A stretch of DNA of 20,000 bases, taken from Vicugna vicugna (taxonomy: Eukaryota). The DNA lies in contig MU058384.1 in assembly GCA_013265495.1 (NCBI GenBank), forward strand, positions 4,682,922 through 4,702,921. Reading direction: 5' to 3'. This document shows positions 19,399-20,000 of this stretch, in pieces; position 1 is the stretch's first letter; each line of letters begins with the position of its first letter. The notes beneath the pieces were generated by a model, which saw nothing but the letters and a program-made list of their open reading frames with translations, had not been told where the DNA came from and did no database searches. The translations under genes were made by a program, and so were the position numbers.

Positions 19399-20000
19399 GA
19401 GAGAAAAGAGGCAAGATGGCGGAGTAGAAGGACGCTTGTAAGTCACCCTCTCCCACAAATACACCAAGATTCACATCTACAGACTCACTCAGCCAACCAG
19501 AGCACCTGCGGAACTCCGACAGAACATCGCCCTCTTCAAAAGATAAAGACGCCAAAAATCTGGTAGGAGAAAAGGAAAAAAGAAAGAACAAAAGGCAAAG
19601 CAGCGCGGGACGGGTCCCGCGGGGAGGGAGCGGCAAAGGAGGACTGGCGCTCGCTCGCTGGGTCTCCCCTCTCCAACTGAGAGGCCAGCGGGACGGAGGG
19701 GGAGCCTCCGAGGCTCGGATCTGTACAGAGCAGCCCTTGTCTGACAGAACTAAATTAAACGGGCACAGAGCGTCCCCCCGACACCCAGCCTGAGACGCGG
19801 GCCGGCAGCAGCGGGCAGGGCCAGGCTGCACAAGCCGGGCGGAGGCCGGGGGCGGCTGCACCGAGGCAGCTCCGGCGGACTGCAAGGGGCTGGGCGCCGT
19901 GGCTGTGGGTGTACAGGACAGAACAACCTGGGCCCTCCATAAAACAGCAAGGTTGATGTGCTCTCGGGAGAAGGGTGCATACCCCCATCTCTGAAAACCC
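19399..20000 (+). mobile_element. 5' UTR / internal promoter of a young, probably full-length L1 (continues beyond the window)
   Basis: Sharp switch to GC- and CpG-rich DNA beginning 'gagagaaaagaggCAAGATGGCGgagtagaaggac'; YY1 motif at 19412-19421 in the position typical of mammalian L1 5' ends. ORF1 not reached. Confidence 0.8.

Noticed and set aside
19247..19885. 212-aa minus-strand ORF crossing the L1 5' junction
   Set aside because: Starts at TTG with no in-frame ATG inside the L1 part; GC-rich, stop-poor sequence; no recognisable domain.

Overview
AT-rich, CpG-poor mammalian genomic DNA, probably camelid, as inferred from a Vic-1-like tRNA-derived SINE. It is mostly intergenic or intronic interspersed repeats, and I recognise no intact protein-coding gene; nearly all listed ORFs are chance frames or decayed retroelement frames. 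The main feature is a dead ERVL (HERV-L/ERVL-E-like) gag-pro-pol fragment (~5487-8802) with no recognisable LTRs. It has an ERV1-type solo LTR inserted in gag and a 179-bp foldback (MITE-like) element exactly where the RT core and most of RNase H are missing. Also present are MaLR, ERVL and MER34-like solo LTRs, L2, MIR, old L1/HAL1 pieces, a MER117-like hAT element, and the CpG-rich 5' UTR of a young L1 running off the right end. Several unassigned candidate exons and two CTCF-like motifs merit checking. All family names come from recalled consensus sequences, not database searches. I find no convincing new biological system; the foldback element is the least explained feature.
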